A DNA stretch of 64,000 nt, taken from NCBI RefSeq assembly GCF_001194135.2, contig NC_068983.1, positions 64,182,922 through 64,246,921 on the forward strand, written 5' to 3'. Under the pieces are notes generated by a model, which saw only the letters and a list, made by a program, of their open reading frames with translations, did no database searches and had not been told where the DNA came from. This DNA is from Octopus bimaculoides. Its lineage: Eukaryota. A program made the position numbers and the translations under genes. Shown in pieces: positions 12,907 through 27,062 of this stretch. The stretch's first letter is position 1. Each line of letters starts with the position of its first letter.

Positions 12907-14717
12907 TCTAATGCACTCACACATACACGCACGCACGCACGCACGCACGCACGCACAGTGAAAGTACGCGCCCATACGCTTATAGAGTGACTATCAGGGA
13001 CTTATAGGGAAGACGAAAGAAACAGGGAGAGAAAGGTGAGAGACAAACGGAGAGATAAAATAAGTTTATTTTGCTATATATTTTATAATAATGATGTGTT
13101 TAAACATCCAAAGCACATCTCATATCTTCTAATCAGTTCGATTTATCGATTTTGATTAGCAAATATCAAGCTAGAAAAAAATATACATATATACGCATTA
13201 AACAATCTATAGCCTTTCTAACTGATTACACGAGCCACAATCGAATATTATCAATAATTTAAATAATTTACTTGATTATATTATATTCCATTACTTAATA
13301 TTTTTATATGTTGTAATACGCTTTTTTACACAAATATTGGTTATTTTTGTTGATAATTGGAATATACATACATGTGGCTAGTTCTGTAAATATTAATAAT
13401 GTGTGTTACCATTGATATATTTCAACTTGGTTTATAGCTTTTCGATAGAATTAGCAGGTTATACCAAGTAATGCTTGACTGATCACGATGTGAATGCTGC
13501 TGAATTGATTTTCTACATGGAGAGAGAAGGGCTATTACCCAACTTTGATACCAGCGCTGAATTAATTCAGGATTGGGTTAAAAATTAAGACTACCAGAAA
13601 TCCTAAGCGGACATGAAAAACCCTTGCCCTAAAGTGGAGGGCATGGCTACCGTCGGAGAAAGCACGAGAAAATGGAGGCATCATCCGAGATAAAAGTGAG
13701 GCACTCAACGAATCAACATAAAAGAGAGAGAAAAAGAATTATATTGTCATTCTAATCGTTGAGTTCCGAAGTGTTGTCGACAACTCACTTGTAAAAGTAA
13801 CTTTCAAAATGCCTGAATGACCGAAGATAGTGATTAACGATTTCAGTCGCTAAAACAAACACTGGGGATGTGCCATCAAATACGCTGATTGAGATGCAGT
13901 AGAGGCCTAAGCAGAAAAAAGACTGTTTATTGTAATCCATGATGCCAAACAATAAATGCTTTTCAACACGCACCATCGAAAATGGGCTGCAACAGTTTTA
14001 TTTTTATTTTCGCTAAAATATGTCAGGCTGAAGCAAGTAGGTTTGTCTTGGAACAACTGCCAATAAACCAATTTCACTCCATCGGCACTAGAAACAATGG
14101 TACAATAATTCCAGCCACAGTGCTATTCAGATAAGATAGCGTTCGAAGCTAGGAAGGACGAACGTCCGTTTCGCCAAAGAATTACAAGGTTTTGACAAGA
14201 ATTATCTCAAGAAGTATGACAATTTCGCCAAGCTTGCAAGCTTGTACAACAAGCAGCACGCACAAATACCCCCCCCCCCAAAAAAAAAAGAAAAAACAAC
14301 ATTACTTAATACATTTGGGGCTTTGATGCTCAACTATTAACTGTATTAGCAATTCCCAAAGCTCTATGAGTTCCAACCCACTACTAAATGTACGATTGAG
14401 GTAAGTGGGAGATGCATGATTTTCTTACAAGAGCACCGACAACAGATGTGACAATCGTTGGTGGAGACAACAGATATGATGGAAAACTTCAAACGGCGTG
14501 GCGCGTCATATGCAAAATACCAAGATCTTTCGACCTCAGCGCTGCAGCAGTATAACAACATTGCCAACCAAGCTGCGCACAAGCAGATGCTCCATGAGAA
14601 ATTTACAGCAAAATAGCCAGGACCAAATCTAGACCTAGTAAATCACTCCTAAACATTTGAACGGGAAAAGACGCTCTCCCTTAAAGAGCTTGATATCAGA
14701 ATCAATATCCTTCAGAT

Positions 14718-14749
<32 letters not shown>

Positions 14750-16237
14750 CTTCTGCTTCTGCTGCTGCTGATGATGATGGAGAAAAGGAAGACATCGGTA
14801 TTGGTGATATCAATGATGGCAATCACTAAGATTGGGATTTTAAGAATGCGTGTGTATATGTAAATGCATGTGTGCGCGCACGCGCGCGTGTGTGCACGTG
14901 TGTGTTAGGAAATTTATGAAAACGATAAGAACAAATATTCAGTTGACGAATAAATATATATATGAACGCAGCTTAATGGAAGTAAACAAATGCGTTGAAT
15001 GTAATCTCTGATGTCAATGGTAGCGGCTGTTCGATGTTTATGTATTTAGTCTGCGCATGGGAATCAAAGTTATTGGTAGTTGAAGGCAGCACCATGAAAC
15101 ATACAGGAGTGAACGAGTAAGAGATAATCATGTTGTATCTGTGTGAGGTCAAATAGAGTTCAAACGAGAGAAGAGATACATGAGTTTTACAATTGGTGAT
15201 ATTTTCATGAGACAGAAATTACTCTGACACTTTTATAAGCAGCAGTGAACAAGTAATAAAGAGAATATTTTCGTCATTCCTTCCATGAACAATTATGAAG
15301 GATGTCATGATTTTATATACCTTTTATTAAGCAAGGTCATTGTTGAAAATACCCCCCAACATTTTTAATTCAATAACTGATGACCAACCAATGCTTAGAC
15401 TTACTGAAATTTATCTCCGGTTCTCCTGTCTATCCAGTGCAAGCGAACGTTCTGCAGCATTCCTTAAAATCTGAGCAGTACCCTTTCTCACTTTCGCGCT
15501 ATTTGCTGGATTCTGCCTTTCTTACATACACCTAAGATCGAAGAAAGTATCTGTAATTGACCTCATGAAGAAGGCGAGGGGCATCTCTCTCTTTCTCTTT
15601 ACGATTTTAAACTTCATCTGGTAAGAGGTGTATTTAAACGCTTACAACCTTAAACTAAAATGCATCCAATAACAGAAGCGCAAGGAGAAAATCATTAAAC
15701 CGAAATTTCATAGCAGTTCTTGTTTTCCGAGATTCCGTCCCCAAAACTTTGGATTTAAAAAGTACGCTCCTTGTTATTTTTCTGCGTGTCTAGCCATATT
15801 ATTACCCAATACACACACACACACACATGCACACATACATATATACAAGCACACACATACATATCTCTATATGTATGTGTTTGTGACACTGGAGCATCCT
15901 TATAGAATACTCAAGTTATGTCGAGCATATCACAAAGAAAGAATACTCACCTCTCTTCTGGTACAAAACGCAGTAACAGAATTCACTAGAACCATGCGTT
16001 ATAGCCTCGTCCCCATATTTGTGCTTTATGATAACTCACCCTTTGCTGATAACTATATTTTGTGAAAACAGCGAAAACCTGTAATATATGGTAGCAATAA
16101 ATATTCGTTATATCATTATAATCAGTCCAGTGATTATAACCAAGAAATTATCAATAGGAATAGAGCGTAAAACAACAAAAATCAAGCATAAATTTTAAAA
16201 TCCCGTTCGCTGACCAACGTTCCATACTCATAACAAT

Positions 16238-16441
16238 TATTTCTATTAGAGGCACAACGCTTGAAATTTTGAGTGAGGCAGATAGTCAATTACATCGATC
16301 CCTTTGCTCAACTGGTAATTATTTCATCAATGCCAGAAGTGAAATTCTACCCTGCCGGAATTTCAACTCAGAACTTATAGTCACAAGAAATACCATTAAG
16401 CAATTTGTCCGCCGTGCAAACGATTCTGCATGCTTGCGGCC
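16238..16441 (-). mobile_element. tRNA-derived SINE (family A)
   Basis: Reverse complement reads gcagaatcgtttgcacggcggacaaattgcttaatggtatttc..gttctgagttgaaattcc..ccagttgagc..gatcgatgtaattgact..aaaatttcaagcgttgtgcct. Explains ORF 16269-16499. Confidence 0.8.
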
Positions 16442-19400
16442 TTTAATATTCTTAATCATATCTGTCGCAGAAATCAATTACGTTCAAACTATAAATTAGA
16501 TGAAATATTAATGATAATTACCATGACAATTCATTAGTAACGCCAACAACAATCTTTAAGTTATTTTATGCTACTGCATAAACACTAGATACAGCTTTAA
16601 CAAATTTGCATTAATCTCTGATTCTCTTCTGCGGTTTACATTTACACGGAAGAACTGCTGAGTCATTCCATTTTTACGCAATATTTTATAACTAAATTTC
16701 CTTTCCCTCTTTGTTAACACCGTCAATCAGCATTTGCTTGAACAACAAATTCCCTAAAAAGATGACGGCATACTTCAGGTCTACCTCAAAAATATCTGTT
16801 CTGGTAGATGAAATATTAATTTAACGATGAAAATGAACCGGTGGCATTTGAATTTATCCTATTCGATAATTTCACCACTAATTTCTGTTCCAACGACGAT
16901 TTGTGCACAGATGTAAGCGATTAAACCGACTACTTCACCAACTAATTTATATTTTATATTATATTGGCCTTGGTGCGATGAAAGTAAAAATTTCGTATCT
17001 GCTATCTTTGAACTCAGAAACTTCTCCGTGAGACAAAAATATTTCTTTCAAGAGTATATATAAGGCATTGAACGTACACTCATATACTGCTATACAGCAT
17101 TATCATTATTTCAAATAGAAGAACGATGCAGGGAAGGAGCGGTAGGCTGTCTGAAAAAAGTTATTTTTTTTATTCGTTGCTTCTCTACATTCTGAACTCA
17201 AATCTCACTGAGTTTGACATTAACTCTTTCAGGCTTCAAGAAGTCGATATCGGTCAATTGCTGGGTGTATTTCAGTAGATTCTGCACTTTAATAATCCAC
17301 TTAATTTACCTCATTTAGAAATAATTATCAGTAAGATAACGTGAGCTTTCTGATAATGCATATCCTGTATGACTGATACAATTTCGGAAGTATATCAACC
17401 TCATTACATTTTCTCTCCCTAACATGCTCTGATAGAATATTCTCGTAAGATTACAACAAAAGTGACATTATTCAGTTACATTAAAATTTGTTAATGCATA
17501 AGCTGCAACATTTGAATGAATTTCAACAAACAAAATCCAAAACATTATAGCAAAAGTGTCGAATTGGAATGAGATCGGCATTCACTATGTATACCAATAC
17601 ACCAGGATGGATAAAATTTGTATGAGCTATATTCTAAAGATAGTTAAATCAGAAGCACACTACATACACTAGAAGTGTACAGCTTTGTATCTATGTTAGA
17701 CATTGATACTTTTTCATTTATTCTTTCATTTTTCATTTGTGTATTTAATATTTCTTTATATAAGGACGTTTTAAAGGAAATTCTGCAATCACTTTATTGA
17801 GTAAATATCTGATTGTATGGAACACTTCAATTCTATTTAGCGTTTGTCGCAGAGACTGCATTGACAAATGAGCATATATAATCGGTTTTTCTTTAATAAT
17901 GAGATATATATTCTGTCTGAAACCCATTAAATATTAAATAAACTAAGAAATAAATAGGAGACTGTACTATAGCAATCGATTGCTATGACCTATTTCTCCC
18001 TGTAATTGTTATTTCAATAGCTCTTCAATTGATTGATTCCGACCACAGAAACTTTTCATTTCATTCATGTAGTGGTGGACTGTTATTTCAATTGATGTAT
18101 TTAATAAAGGATCATAAATCACTGATATAATTTTCTTATCTCTATGTTTTATTATGTAGGAATATATTATAAAATGACACTTTCGTCTTGTGTAGGAAAT
18201 CGATCAATTGTGACAATCAGCTAAACTGTTGCTGTATACCCGGCTCGATACAAAACTCAAACATTTGGTTTCACTAACCTTCTAGTAAACATACATTCCG
18301 CCTTCCTCCTGTCATATTTTCAATAATTCTCGAATCTTATTCGTCTATGGAAAACGTGTATTTGAATACTTAGATACATTTATTGATGATGGATAAAATC
18401 ATGGAGGATATTCGATATATTTTAAGTAGGATTCTTACATAAAATTCCCTGTTAAAAGAAATTAAATATGTGTTCTCTCGTTTTGGTATTTGAAGTAATT
18501 ACACTTTAATAAACGATATACAACATAAGCAGAAGTGAACCGATATTAAAGTCCTTACAATCAGTTCAGTTTTGGTACAGAATAGATAATGAATGTTTTT
18601 GAAGAGAAGTCTCTAGTGGACTGTATAAAAGGTTCGTATTGCTGTATATTACTTAATTTCCCATAGTTTCTAACGATGACACCTGCAGGAATGAATTCAA
18701 ATTATGAGAATGGCTGGAAGAAAATGCATTTATATTTCTTCTCTAATGATTAATATTCCTACACCAACACCAAAATTAAGTATAACTTAGACTCCGTTAA
18801 ATTACTTGTGTATAATGTTGTCTTTGAAAAAAGGCAACGCAGTATTTTTATTTCATCGATTTGCTCGTAATGTGAAATAGCAATACTATTTTGTTTGCGC
18901 CTGTATTCAACTAATTTCACCTTGGTGGACGTTGCCCTTGTCAAATGAACAGACGATTCCAATTACAATTGTAATTCCCCGACTCCTTTTATATACGGTG
19001 TAGCACTCTTCTGCCACGAAAAATAAAATCAATAATTTTAACTGATTCTATGAATAATTCGTAATCTGAAATTACGCAACCATATCAATTTTCAGCCAAT
19101 GATTACTTTTATCTTTGGTCAAGCGCAAAGGCTTCTTATTTGTGCCAATCTAAAGGTATTTACGAGAGTAATTGACAAAAGTTTTTAGCCAAATATTGTA
19201 AGTATCAAAACTATTTTAAAAACAGCCGAATAATTTTCAAATAACGTCCTACCGGATAAAAGAAGGGGAACAATTAATTATCAAATCGGGATCACAATTT
19301 TCTCTAAATACAAATATCCCTATCACCACTACACAGATATGTTTGATAATACATTATTCATTGCAGGCTAGTTTAAAAAGAAAGAACAATTACAACACAG

Positions 19401-20214
19401 TTTCCAATTTTCTCCATCACTCATAGTTCTCTGCAACGTTTGCTAGTAATCTATGTATAGTCATTATATACACTACTAATTAAATGTTGCCTTTGAAGTC
19501 ATTAGTTAAAAGAGCAGATTCTAACATGTCATTGTCGATAATGTTTCGCAAAAGTGCATAGTTTTGTGAGCTGTCTCAAGTTTGTGCAAACACGAATCTC
19601 TCAACAACTGACTCCTTATTAATGTGAACAAATAACCACTTCACATTTTACTGAATTACAAAAATACGCGAGACCGGCAGTTATTTCTGATTTCCGTATC
19701 AGGACATAAACAATTTAAAATTATTAGTAGGACACAGAACTATATCAGATGGCTATGTCTTTGGTCTAATTGAAATCGGCACTGCCATTTAATAATCCAT
19801 TATTTTGTCAATAGCGAAATATATCATGTAAGACATTTTAATGGAATTAGATGACTTTGGCAGTCGCAGTGGCTGGGGACATTGTCAGCGTCAGCATGTG
19901 AACGTGTGACATCAAATCTCTCTTTCTCTTACGTTATCAAATCCTCAGAACACACAGAATTTATGATACAAAAGTCATGTATGAAATCAGGAATCATTTT
20001 TTAACGTGTGTGATACTTGCTTATTTTCGGCGCGTCTCTGAACTTTATCTTTTCAGTGTTGATGGAATAAATATCAGATGAGCACTGGGGTCACTGTAAT
20101 CAACCTCACATGCCATTCACATTTGCTGGCCTTATACAATAATTATAAAAATATATATTTGTCTTTGAAAGTTGCTATTATATTTCATATTGTTATTTAC
20201 TTCACACATCTTGC

Positions 20215-20370
20215 CATTCCGGGTTCAGATGCCACCAAAGTCGACTTTGCTTTTCCTCTTTTTGCAGTCGATAAAATAAGAATCAGTTGAGCACTAGTGT
20301 CTATGTAATCGACTACCCGCCTCCCCTCACATTTCAGGCCGTGTGCTGATATTAGAAAGAATTATTTACT
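20215..20370 (+). mobile_element. 5'-truncated SINE (family A), followed by a second partial copy to about 20480
   Basis: gggttcagatgccaccaaagtcgactttgctttt..gtcgataaaataag..cagttgagcactagtgtctatgtaatcgact..tttcaggccgtgtgc. Confidence 0.75.
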
Positions 20371-21864
20371 TCCCGCATTCCAGTTCTTTAGGTTCTGGAT
20401 TCAAATTCAGGTGAGCCTATTCTTCCAGAGTCGATAAAATAAGCAGTAATTGAAAAGCGGAGTGAATGTAATCAACTTACCTCTTTCTTAAAATTGTCAT
20501 AATTGCGCCAAAATTCGACACCGTTATTTCTTACAAAAAGAAGAGTCACAGAAAGGTAAATTATTTGAACGCTTGAGTAAAGATGTTTTTTTTTTTTATA
20601 AAAATGATTGGTATGTTTCAAGTTCAAATATTTTTGGTGTTAGTATGTTGTAGTACCTAATTGTGTTTGTCTGCACACTACCGTTTTCTTGTAGGTGGGA
20701 GTCTTCTTTCATTTCCCTCCTCCACTAATATAATATTTTGATTTCATTTCTCATTTTCCAGTTCACATAACTCTTTCCAACAGGTATGAATATATGATTG
20801 AATGGTCGAAAAAGAAATGCAATTGCCTTACATATTTTCATTATTTTCAAGCAGGACATATCATTAGCCTGTTTTATGAACAGTCGCTCTTCGATAATTT
20901 CCATAATTTTCACCTATCATGCTTATATCTCAATCTTCGTTATATATCATCACTTAATACAGTGTCGAAATTCCAGGTGAATTCGGAGGCTTTATCTAAA
21001 TGTTGGTACCCATTCTATATGTCTTCTCTCGGTCCTGAAACGGTTTACATCTTTTTCGCCCACTTCGTATATGGCAACTTGGCAAGCATGACCATAAATC
21101 CGGTTGCTGAGATATAACAACAGCAATCAACTCTTGTTATGATTATACGCGGAGTTTATTTCGGTCTTTCAAATATGTCAAAATATTTTATTGTAGCTAT
21201 GGCAGTTCGTGACAGTGTTCATCATCTCAAGAGATTAAATTTCTAGGATTTCGGCCCTCTATTGCTAATCTTGAATTCTTTGATCAAATTTCCCGGACAC
21301 TTCTGTACGCTTTTAGTGTTAATATTGTTTTAAAATCCAGTATTTTCAACTCACCTTTCACATCTATCTATACTGATATTATCTGCTTATTGTAGTAAAG
21401 CTGCAATAATTTTTAACCCTTTTAAAACTATGCAAAGTGTTCTCAGTATATAAGCGCGTGCATTTAATATATTACCAACGAATGAAAAATTGTACCACTG
21501 CTGCTACTACTACTACTATTGATACTATTGTTACTGCTACTGCTGCTAGTACTGTTACTAGAAATGTTACTACTATACTGCTGCTGGAATCAAACCGCGA
21601 GGAAATTTGTGTCACAAAGGCTGAAAAGCTTTTCATTAGTTTGTCATTTTCACTTGTAGTTTTTCTTTCGAGAAACTGACTTTTTTCAGTTGCTGTTCTG
21701 TCATTACTTCGTTTTCACATAATTTTGGACTGCTTCAACCAAAATAGAAGCATGACTAAAGTCACCTCATTTAATCTTTCGAGTAAGAGGGAGAAATTAG
21801 AAATCGAGCAGGATTCAGTTTCTTACTTGTAAGAGAAGGGTGTTGTCTCTAAAGCAAAACAAAG

Positions 21865-22117
21865 CAGTGGGTTTTTGAAGGAGTGATTTGAGAGACCAGA
21901 CATATTCTTCAGGACACACTAGAGAAATGCGTACATCAGTTGGTTCTTCCAGGCTTCACAATTTTCAGTGACATTTGATGGGGCCTACACTAACATTCCT
22001 GAAATTAATGGTTATCATTTTCAACATAGGACAGTGAACCACAGCACTGGGGTTATTAACTTAAAATATGGTACTCATAGGCAACAACTGGAAAGCACAC
22101 AGTTCTGTGTAAAATGA
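21865..22117 (+). mobile_element. Merlin (IS1595/ISXO2-like DDE) transposase relic, with stops, a frameshift and a deletion
   Basis: QWVFEGVI*ETR..DTLEKCVHQLVLPGFTIFSD, then in a shifted frame GAYTNIPEINGYHFQHRTVNHSTGVINLKYGTHRQQLEST. This matches the Merlin pattern WVFG..ER / LPG.TI.SD / AY / H.TVNHS / G.H.N.IES. Confidence 0.8.
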
Positions 22118-23059
22118 AGTAGTAAACAATCCTGCGGGACCCGCCATTCTGTGGTCGACTCATATCTCTGCGATTTTATGTGGCGCAGGGGGTACCGAAA
22201 TTGTAAATTGCTTGAGGAACATCTAGAGCGTATCTCAAACGTTTGTTATAGAATTTTCGCTACACAGAATGTAGTAATTATTTGCATGAACTGAACTATA
22301 CCTACAGCATTATAACGTGGAATAATGTAGAGTTGTCTTTGTAATCTCTCACAAAGTATAAAAGTAAAAAACTTTTTTATGCTAATTTTCTTTTGAAATT
22401 GTTTACATGGCCGTTCCACGGTTGACGTTATTCTTTAAAACTTTTTAAACTTATTCATTAAAACTTCTTCCAAATTTCGTCCTCGCAATGGTTTGCTTTC
22501 ATTTTGTTTAATAAATGTTCGCCGTCATAATGTTGCAATAAGCAGTTATCACGCCGAAAAAAACCCCCAGCTTTTAAATCCTATTTTCTGATTGAGCAAC
22601 ACTTATTAAACTTTAAACCTCGGTTTTTCAAACATTTTATTGGTACAAGTGAATAACAAAATCGGATCTAGCATGGAAACTTATATCAGTAAACCAAATT
22701 CGAAAGTTTTCACTTAATTGTAAAATTCAAAAACTGTGACAGCAACTGAAATGATTAGAGATATCTATTTATAGATGTTCGTGTACTATAAGACGTACAC
22801 TATAGCTCCTCAGTCTTCATAATATAATGCATAAAACTATTCGGCTCAACTAATAAAGTTTCAGATTTCCATAGAACGAATATGAAAACATGGAAGAATG
22901 AATTAACGACTTCAAGAGAGCGTTCCGTGAAATTAAAATGAAGAATGGCTCTCTGAGCGTGATGCTGTGTCTCATTCATCGTTAATATTGTACATTATAC
23001 TAAAGTCGTTGACATTGACAATATCATGTATTTGTGTATGAATGGGAGAAGAGACAATT

Positions 23060-23320
23060 TCCAATGCAGCATCCTTTGTTTATAGTTGATCTTAAGCTGT
23101 TTGCAAAGACTGAAAAATCTGTAATACAACAAAGAACTTCAGAAGACATATAGAAATATACGGAAGGTGGCGAAAACCCAATAGTTATTATAAACGAAAA
23201 GTGATGTCCATAAACTTTACGCGCCAAGGGAATTTAGTGGAATTTATATGAATGACGAGGAAGATGAAGAAAGCAGAACAATGTAGATAGTTACAAATAC
23301 AAAACTTTAGAACCAATGTT
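23060..23320 (+). mobile_element. Decayed Dong/R4-type RT fragment (catalytic region)
   Basis: QHPLFIVDLKLFAKTEK resembles NHLLFMDDLKLFAK; downstream DSYKY resembles E.YKYLG. Confidence 0.55.
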
Positions 23321-23463
23321 GTCTTGGGGTAACAATCTCTGTTCTGGGAGAGACTAAAGATTGCATTGATATGAATGAAAGTAATGGATCAAAGTACGAT
23401 TTAAAAGATAAGGTGGAGTTCAACGGCATATACTACCAAATGGTCGATAATATGAGTACGTAA

Positions 23464-23674
23464 GGCGCGAACTGGCAGAAACAGTAGTACGCCGGGAGTA
23501 ATGCTTAGGAGTATTTTGTCTGTCTTTAAATTCTGAGTTCAAATTCCGCGAAGGACGATTTTGCCTTTCATCCTTTCGGAGTCGATAAATTAAGTATTGG
23601 TCGTGTACTGGGGTCAGTCTAATCAATGGTCCCCTTCCCCCAAAATTTCGGTCCTTGTGCCAAGTGTAGAAAAG
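23464..23674 (+). mobile_element. Near full-length tRNA-derived SINE (family A; octopus-type SINE, family name not assigned)
   Basis: A-box-like tggcagaaacag, B-box gagttcaaattc, body ttgcctttcatcctttcggagtcgataaattaagta..tactggggtc, tail ccttgtgcc..gtagaaaag. Multiple copies in this window. Confidence 0.9.
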
Positions 23675-24110
23675 TATAATATGAGTAGGCATTTCAGTGG
23701 ATATAGCAAAATACATGACAAAAGATGTTAAAATATCAAAAGTTGCATACGACACGCTACTCTTCGCTCGAGAATGACAATTGCTTACAAAAAACTAGGT
23801 GAAATATGAAATAAGCTGGAATAACTGTTATGTAGGATTTCTAATTAATATAAGTTAAACATTAGTCACATACTGAGCAAATGCGGTAAACACGTATAAC
23901 GAGTATACAAAGAAAGACATGTCAACATTGCACATTTTTGTTTCATTGAAGACTGTATATATAATTCGGAATGGTTTGATAGGTGTCAAAATCGCTATCT
24001 ACTGATTTAAAAGAAAACTATTATAGTTAGTTGTAGGATTCAAGCATTTAATATGGTCAGATAGTTGAAACAAGAAGACCAGACATAGTTATCATCATTA
24101 TTAGAATATA

Positions 24111-24229
24111 CCCAGACAGTCTTATTACCCAGACAGTCTTATTACCCAGACAGTCTTATTACCCAGACAGTCTTATTACCCAGACAGTCTTATTACCCAG
24201 ACAGTCTTATTACCCAGACAGTCTTATTG
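24111..24229. repeat. Minisatellite, 7 x 17 bp (cccagacagtcttatta)
   Basis: Six identical units plus a seventh ending in g. Confidence 0.98.
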
Positions 24230-26069
24230 CCCACTTATGATTATCCTCCACATGAATTGTAATTTAGCTCAAAATCTGTCCAAGACGTTGTTAATTTTGC
24301 GACAAAAAATATCTGGAATTTTCGGACGAATGGGAAATGTGATGAAAGGATGAAAGATAAAATTATAGACTAATGTTGAGAAGTGAGGAAGATATCAAAT
24401 TTCGATAATAGATTTTGAAAAGGATGAAGAAAATAATATTTCAAGCGCACAGTATGACTTTCACTATTGGTATTTGACCTTGTATTCGTAGGCTATATAT
24501 TAATAAATTATTATAATAGGTTAAGGATTAGGAAAATGTGAACGAGACAGTATTATTTATGGAGAGCTGAAATAATTCGGAGAGAATGGAAAATAATTCA
24601 ACATTTTGGTGAAGAACAGAAGAATAATGCCAAATTCTTTTCGACATTACGAGTAATTGGACGAATAACAGTTTCACACTAAAACAGTTTAGAAATATCT
24701 AAGTATTTTGGAAACCAGTAGCACAACGCTAAAAACTGAAAGGCTCATTGAAAAGTGAGTGCATACGAAGGAAGCAAGAAAAACATGTTCACAGTTATCC
24801 ACTGTTTCATCTTATACATGATATTTAACATCAAAGAAACATGAGGTATTGGTAAGAAAAATAGAATATTGATCATTTTATAAAATGTTCATACAAGTAG
24901 ACGATACGGATAGCCTGTATATGAGCCACAGTAATTGTGTGGAAATGCATCAGCGTAGAAGAGTTTTTATATAAACATGTATCAGAATATAAAGAAAACA
25001 ATGTTGATTCTTCTGAATAAGAAACTAATGAAATATAAACGCTAAATGACAGAAAAGGTATAGCATGCATCGAATGTATGAAAGGAAAAAGGAGCGAGGG
25101 AATCATTTTGAGTTGATTCAAAAGCACTCAAAGTCCGCACTGGTTAAACATTTCTAAAGAGAGCTACAGAGAGCATTATAGTGAAGACACCTGAGGTGAT
25201 CATAAGGACAAAAACAATCAGATAAATCGAGTCCAACTCAGTCGCTTTTACTATAGCCTCAAAGCAGAGGGACTGTAGCCGTCCTATTCCGTTTTAAAAA
25301 GTTGGCATTCTGATTTTTACTGTGCACATTACTGAGACCAATTTTCACTCTCTTCAAGGCAAGAGCGTAAGACAAAATATTTCAGGGATACAGAGCGAAT
25401 ACATTCAGGCTGTACCGTGAGCTGATTCAGCTTTTGGTACATTCGTGGCAATAGGAATTTTTTAAACACATAATGACCACTATACCACAAGCATGGATTT
25501 TAGAAGTTATTTATTGCACCCGCTTTAACATTCCTTTAGATGAGAAGACTCAGACTTCTTTTCTAAGTCTCGTTGATGTCAAAATCGTTTCCAAATCCCC
25601 GTTGCTCGTACAGATTACTGCTCCGATAGAGAAAGCGAGTGCTGGTTTCCTTCGGCTGGCGAGGTACACCTAATAGAAAGTCGAAAGTGTTGATTCTACC
25701 AATGAGATGACATCAAATATATCTGTAAATAAGTGAGCTTCATAATCACCTTGGATTTGGTGTTGTCAGTAGATAGATTTCCAGTGGAACCTGAAATCCA
25801 TTGGCAGTTAAGCGGTAGTACTATCAAAAGGTGATGTAAACATCAAGCAACGTCTGTGATCTTTCGAAGACAAAACGCCTTCTCACCCCATTTCTGAGAG
25901 TGAATAATTCTGGTTTCATTGATGGCTACCAGAGCCATATAGGATAAGGGTAGGTCTTTGAGAGTGAGACTGCTTCTGCAATGAACCAAGGCCATCCATT
26001 TAAGCAAAAGAGAGAAAAAACTATTAGGAGCAAATGCTTCTTTAATTTACTTTTATTTGTAAGGACGGT

Positions 26070-26110
<41 letters not shown>

Positions 26111-26567
26111 ATTGCAAAAGAGCATTCACTATCATTCTATCTAAAAGTTTTATTTATTTATATTTACTTTAGGTTTCATATATCATATGGGAAAAGTTTT
26201 CTGGAATAATCATTTCTATGTGATGTATTCGCGCCCGTATAAAGTTTTTAAGGGGTTTGAGCTGTTGAGGTGGTGTGACTTCATAAAACTGTCTGGATAT
26301 TTACGTTATTGCTCTCGTTATTATTGTGGATGCTGAATCTCATGCAGTTATTGTGTTTGTAACAACCGGGCTGTTGGCAGTAGCATATGAGGAACGCATT
26401 CCTCTCTCGCGTAGACATAAGTCCTTGAGGTGGCCCGTTTCTTGTATGTGTAGAATCTCAAATCTCTTTGTCTACCACTTTCCTTTCTTTAGAAATTTTT
26501 AAAAGATGTCATCTTCATTATTATTATTAGTGTACTTGCTGCAGTTCTTGCTGTTGGGGCTTTTGAT

Positions 26568-27062
26568 ACATACAACTACAATATCCTCAACTGGACACTA
26601 AATGAACTAATCAAAATAGACCGGAAAACAAGAAACCTAACGACAGGATTTAGGATGCACCACTCAAAATCTGACAGAGAAATGTTATACATACAACGTA
26701 TAGAAGGTGGTAGAGGCCTTATACAACTAACAAACTATTACAGAATAACCACCATAGAACTGCAAAAATACTACTTCAGAAGCAAGGAAAACTAATACGA
26801 ATAACCACAAAACACGAGCCAAACAAAAAAGTTGTTTTCATTCTTTAAGGAAGCTGACAAATACAAACAAGAAATCATACTACCTAACAACTGTGAAGAA
26901 AAAGAAGAAACAACGAAAGCTGCAAAACAAATGAAATCCAAATTAAAACTTGAACAGCAATGGATCATGATAAAACGACGGCAAGAAAAGTCCCTTCATG
27001 GCAAATACCAGGCTAAACTAAACCAAAAGAAAGAGACAAAGCAAAATTCCAGGAATGGCTGA
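26568..27062 (+). mobile_element. Dong/R4-clade LINE fragment (post-RT region)
   Basis: TYNYNILNWTLNELIKIDRKTRNLTTGFRMHHSKSDREMLYIQRIEGGRGLIQL (26568-26795), then QEKSLHGKY. These match the family motifs W...EL..IDRKTRK....MHHPKSD..RLY..R..GGRGL and W..K.LHG.Y. Confidence 0.9.

Noticed and set aside
14510-14600. LVGNVVIL on the minus strand resembling GPCR TM1
   Set aside because: Stops on both sides; no TM2 or other motifs.
14716-14780. (CTG)n run as a polyQ or polyL coding tract
   Set aside because: No splice context or flanking coding signal; treated as a microsatellite.
20880-21130. Possible MADF/Myb-like fragment on the minus strand (ELIAVVISQQPDLW; NRFRTERR)
   Set aside because: Requires frameshifts and the similarity is too weak to support.
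24880-25060. Possible hAT-like C-terminal dimerisation relic
   Set aside because: Only a vague resemblance to ERSFS/ERGFS motifs.
25540-25700. Exon-like segment with splice signals on both strands (DYCSDRESECWFPSAGE; GVPRQPKETSTRFLY..)
   Set aside because: Competing readings, weak donors and no homology recognised.
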